The translations under genes were made by a program, and so were the position numbers. Under the pieces are notes generated by a model. That model saw only the letters and a list, made by a program, of their open reading frames with translations. It did no database searches and was not told the DNA's origin. Positions 63,801-64,000 of a DNA stretch of 64,000 nucleotides are shown here, piece by piece. Position 1 is the stretch's first letter. Each line of letters starts with the position of its first letter. The DNA comes from Anthoceros angustus (taxonomy: Eukaryota > Plantae > Anthocerotophyta), in NCBI GenBank assembly GCA_010909165.1, contig MU008155.1, positions 1,426,001 to 1,490,000 on the forward strand, written 5' to 3'.

Positions 63801-64000
63801 GGAGATGATGGCAAAATTCGAGAAATTCCATCTTAATGCGGTCAAGGAACATGAGAGGCGGAGAGTCACACGAACCCACGAGCCAACCTCTTCTGCTCAA
63901 CGTGGGCAGGACACTCCAAAGCTAATTGTCCGACGACAAGGGTACACCGGGATATGAGGAAGAGGAGGAAGAGGGTCCGTGGAAGATACATACCGATCCG
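57900..64000 (+). mobile_element. Degenerate retrotransposon-like region ending in a Ty3/Gypsy-type gag remnant (~62980-64000), with internal indel-rich duplications
   Basis: Gag-like fragments DEFVERFEHH, AYVERFHH...FAKGL, EEMMAKFEKFHLN. The region is purine-rich and frameshifted. No RT or integrase is seen in the window. Confidence 0.5.

Overview
Eukaryotic nuclear DNA from a land plant with flagellated sperm. It carries an axonemal dynein, short (~80-250 bp) GT-AG introns and dense genes. A bryophyte, probably a hornwort, is my inference and is not proven. Layout: ~1-4.6 kb is repeat-rich intergenic DNA and TE debris. A block of spliced genes follows: Mediator subunit 33 (+), a DUF455 ferritin-like protein (-), a divergent ABI3/VP1-type B3 transcription factor (+), PsbP-domain protein PPD1 (-), a ~21 kb inner-arm dynein heavy chain (+), MPS1 kinase (-) and an aldo-keto reductase (-). 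From ~55.4 kb to the end are decayed Ty1/Copia and Ty3/Gypsy-like retrotransposons with indel-rich tandem duplications that may be assembly artefacts. Features not shown by the ORF track: a degenerate 5S rRNA copy next to an AT-rich, possibly Helitron-derived insert upstream of ABI3; an apparently exact 1,278-bp tandem duplication copying the last PPD1 exon; a mitochondrial 26S rRNA fragment (NUMT); a 5 x 41-bp minisatellite; and three GC-AG introns. The best candidate for new biology is a ~260-aa dynein N-terminal extension with 14 [RK][RK]xS (PKA-consensus) sites, partly built from 13-aa repeats, which could link cAMP/PKA directly to the sperm motor. All family assignments come from recalled motifs; no database search was run.
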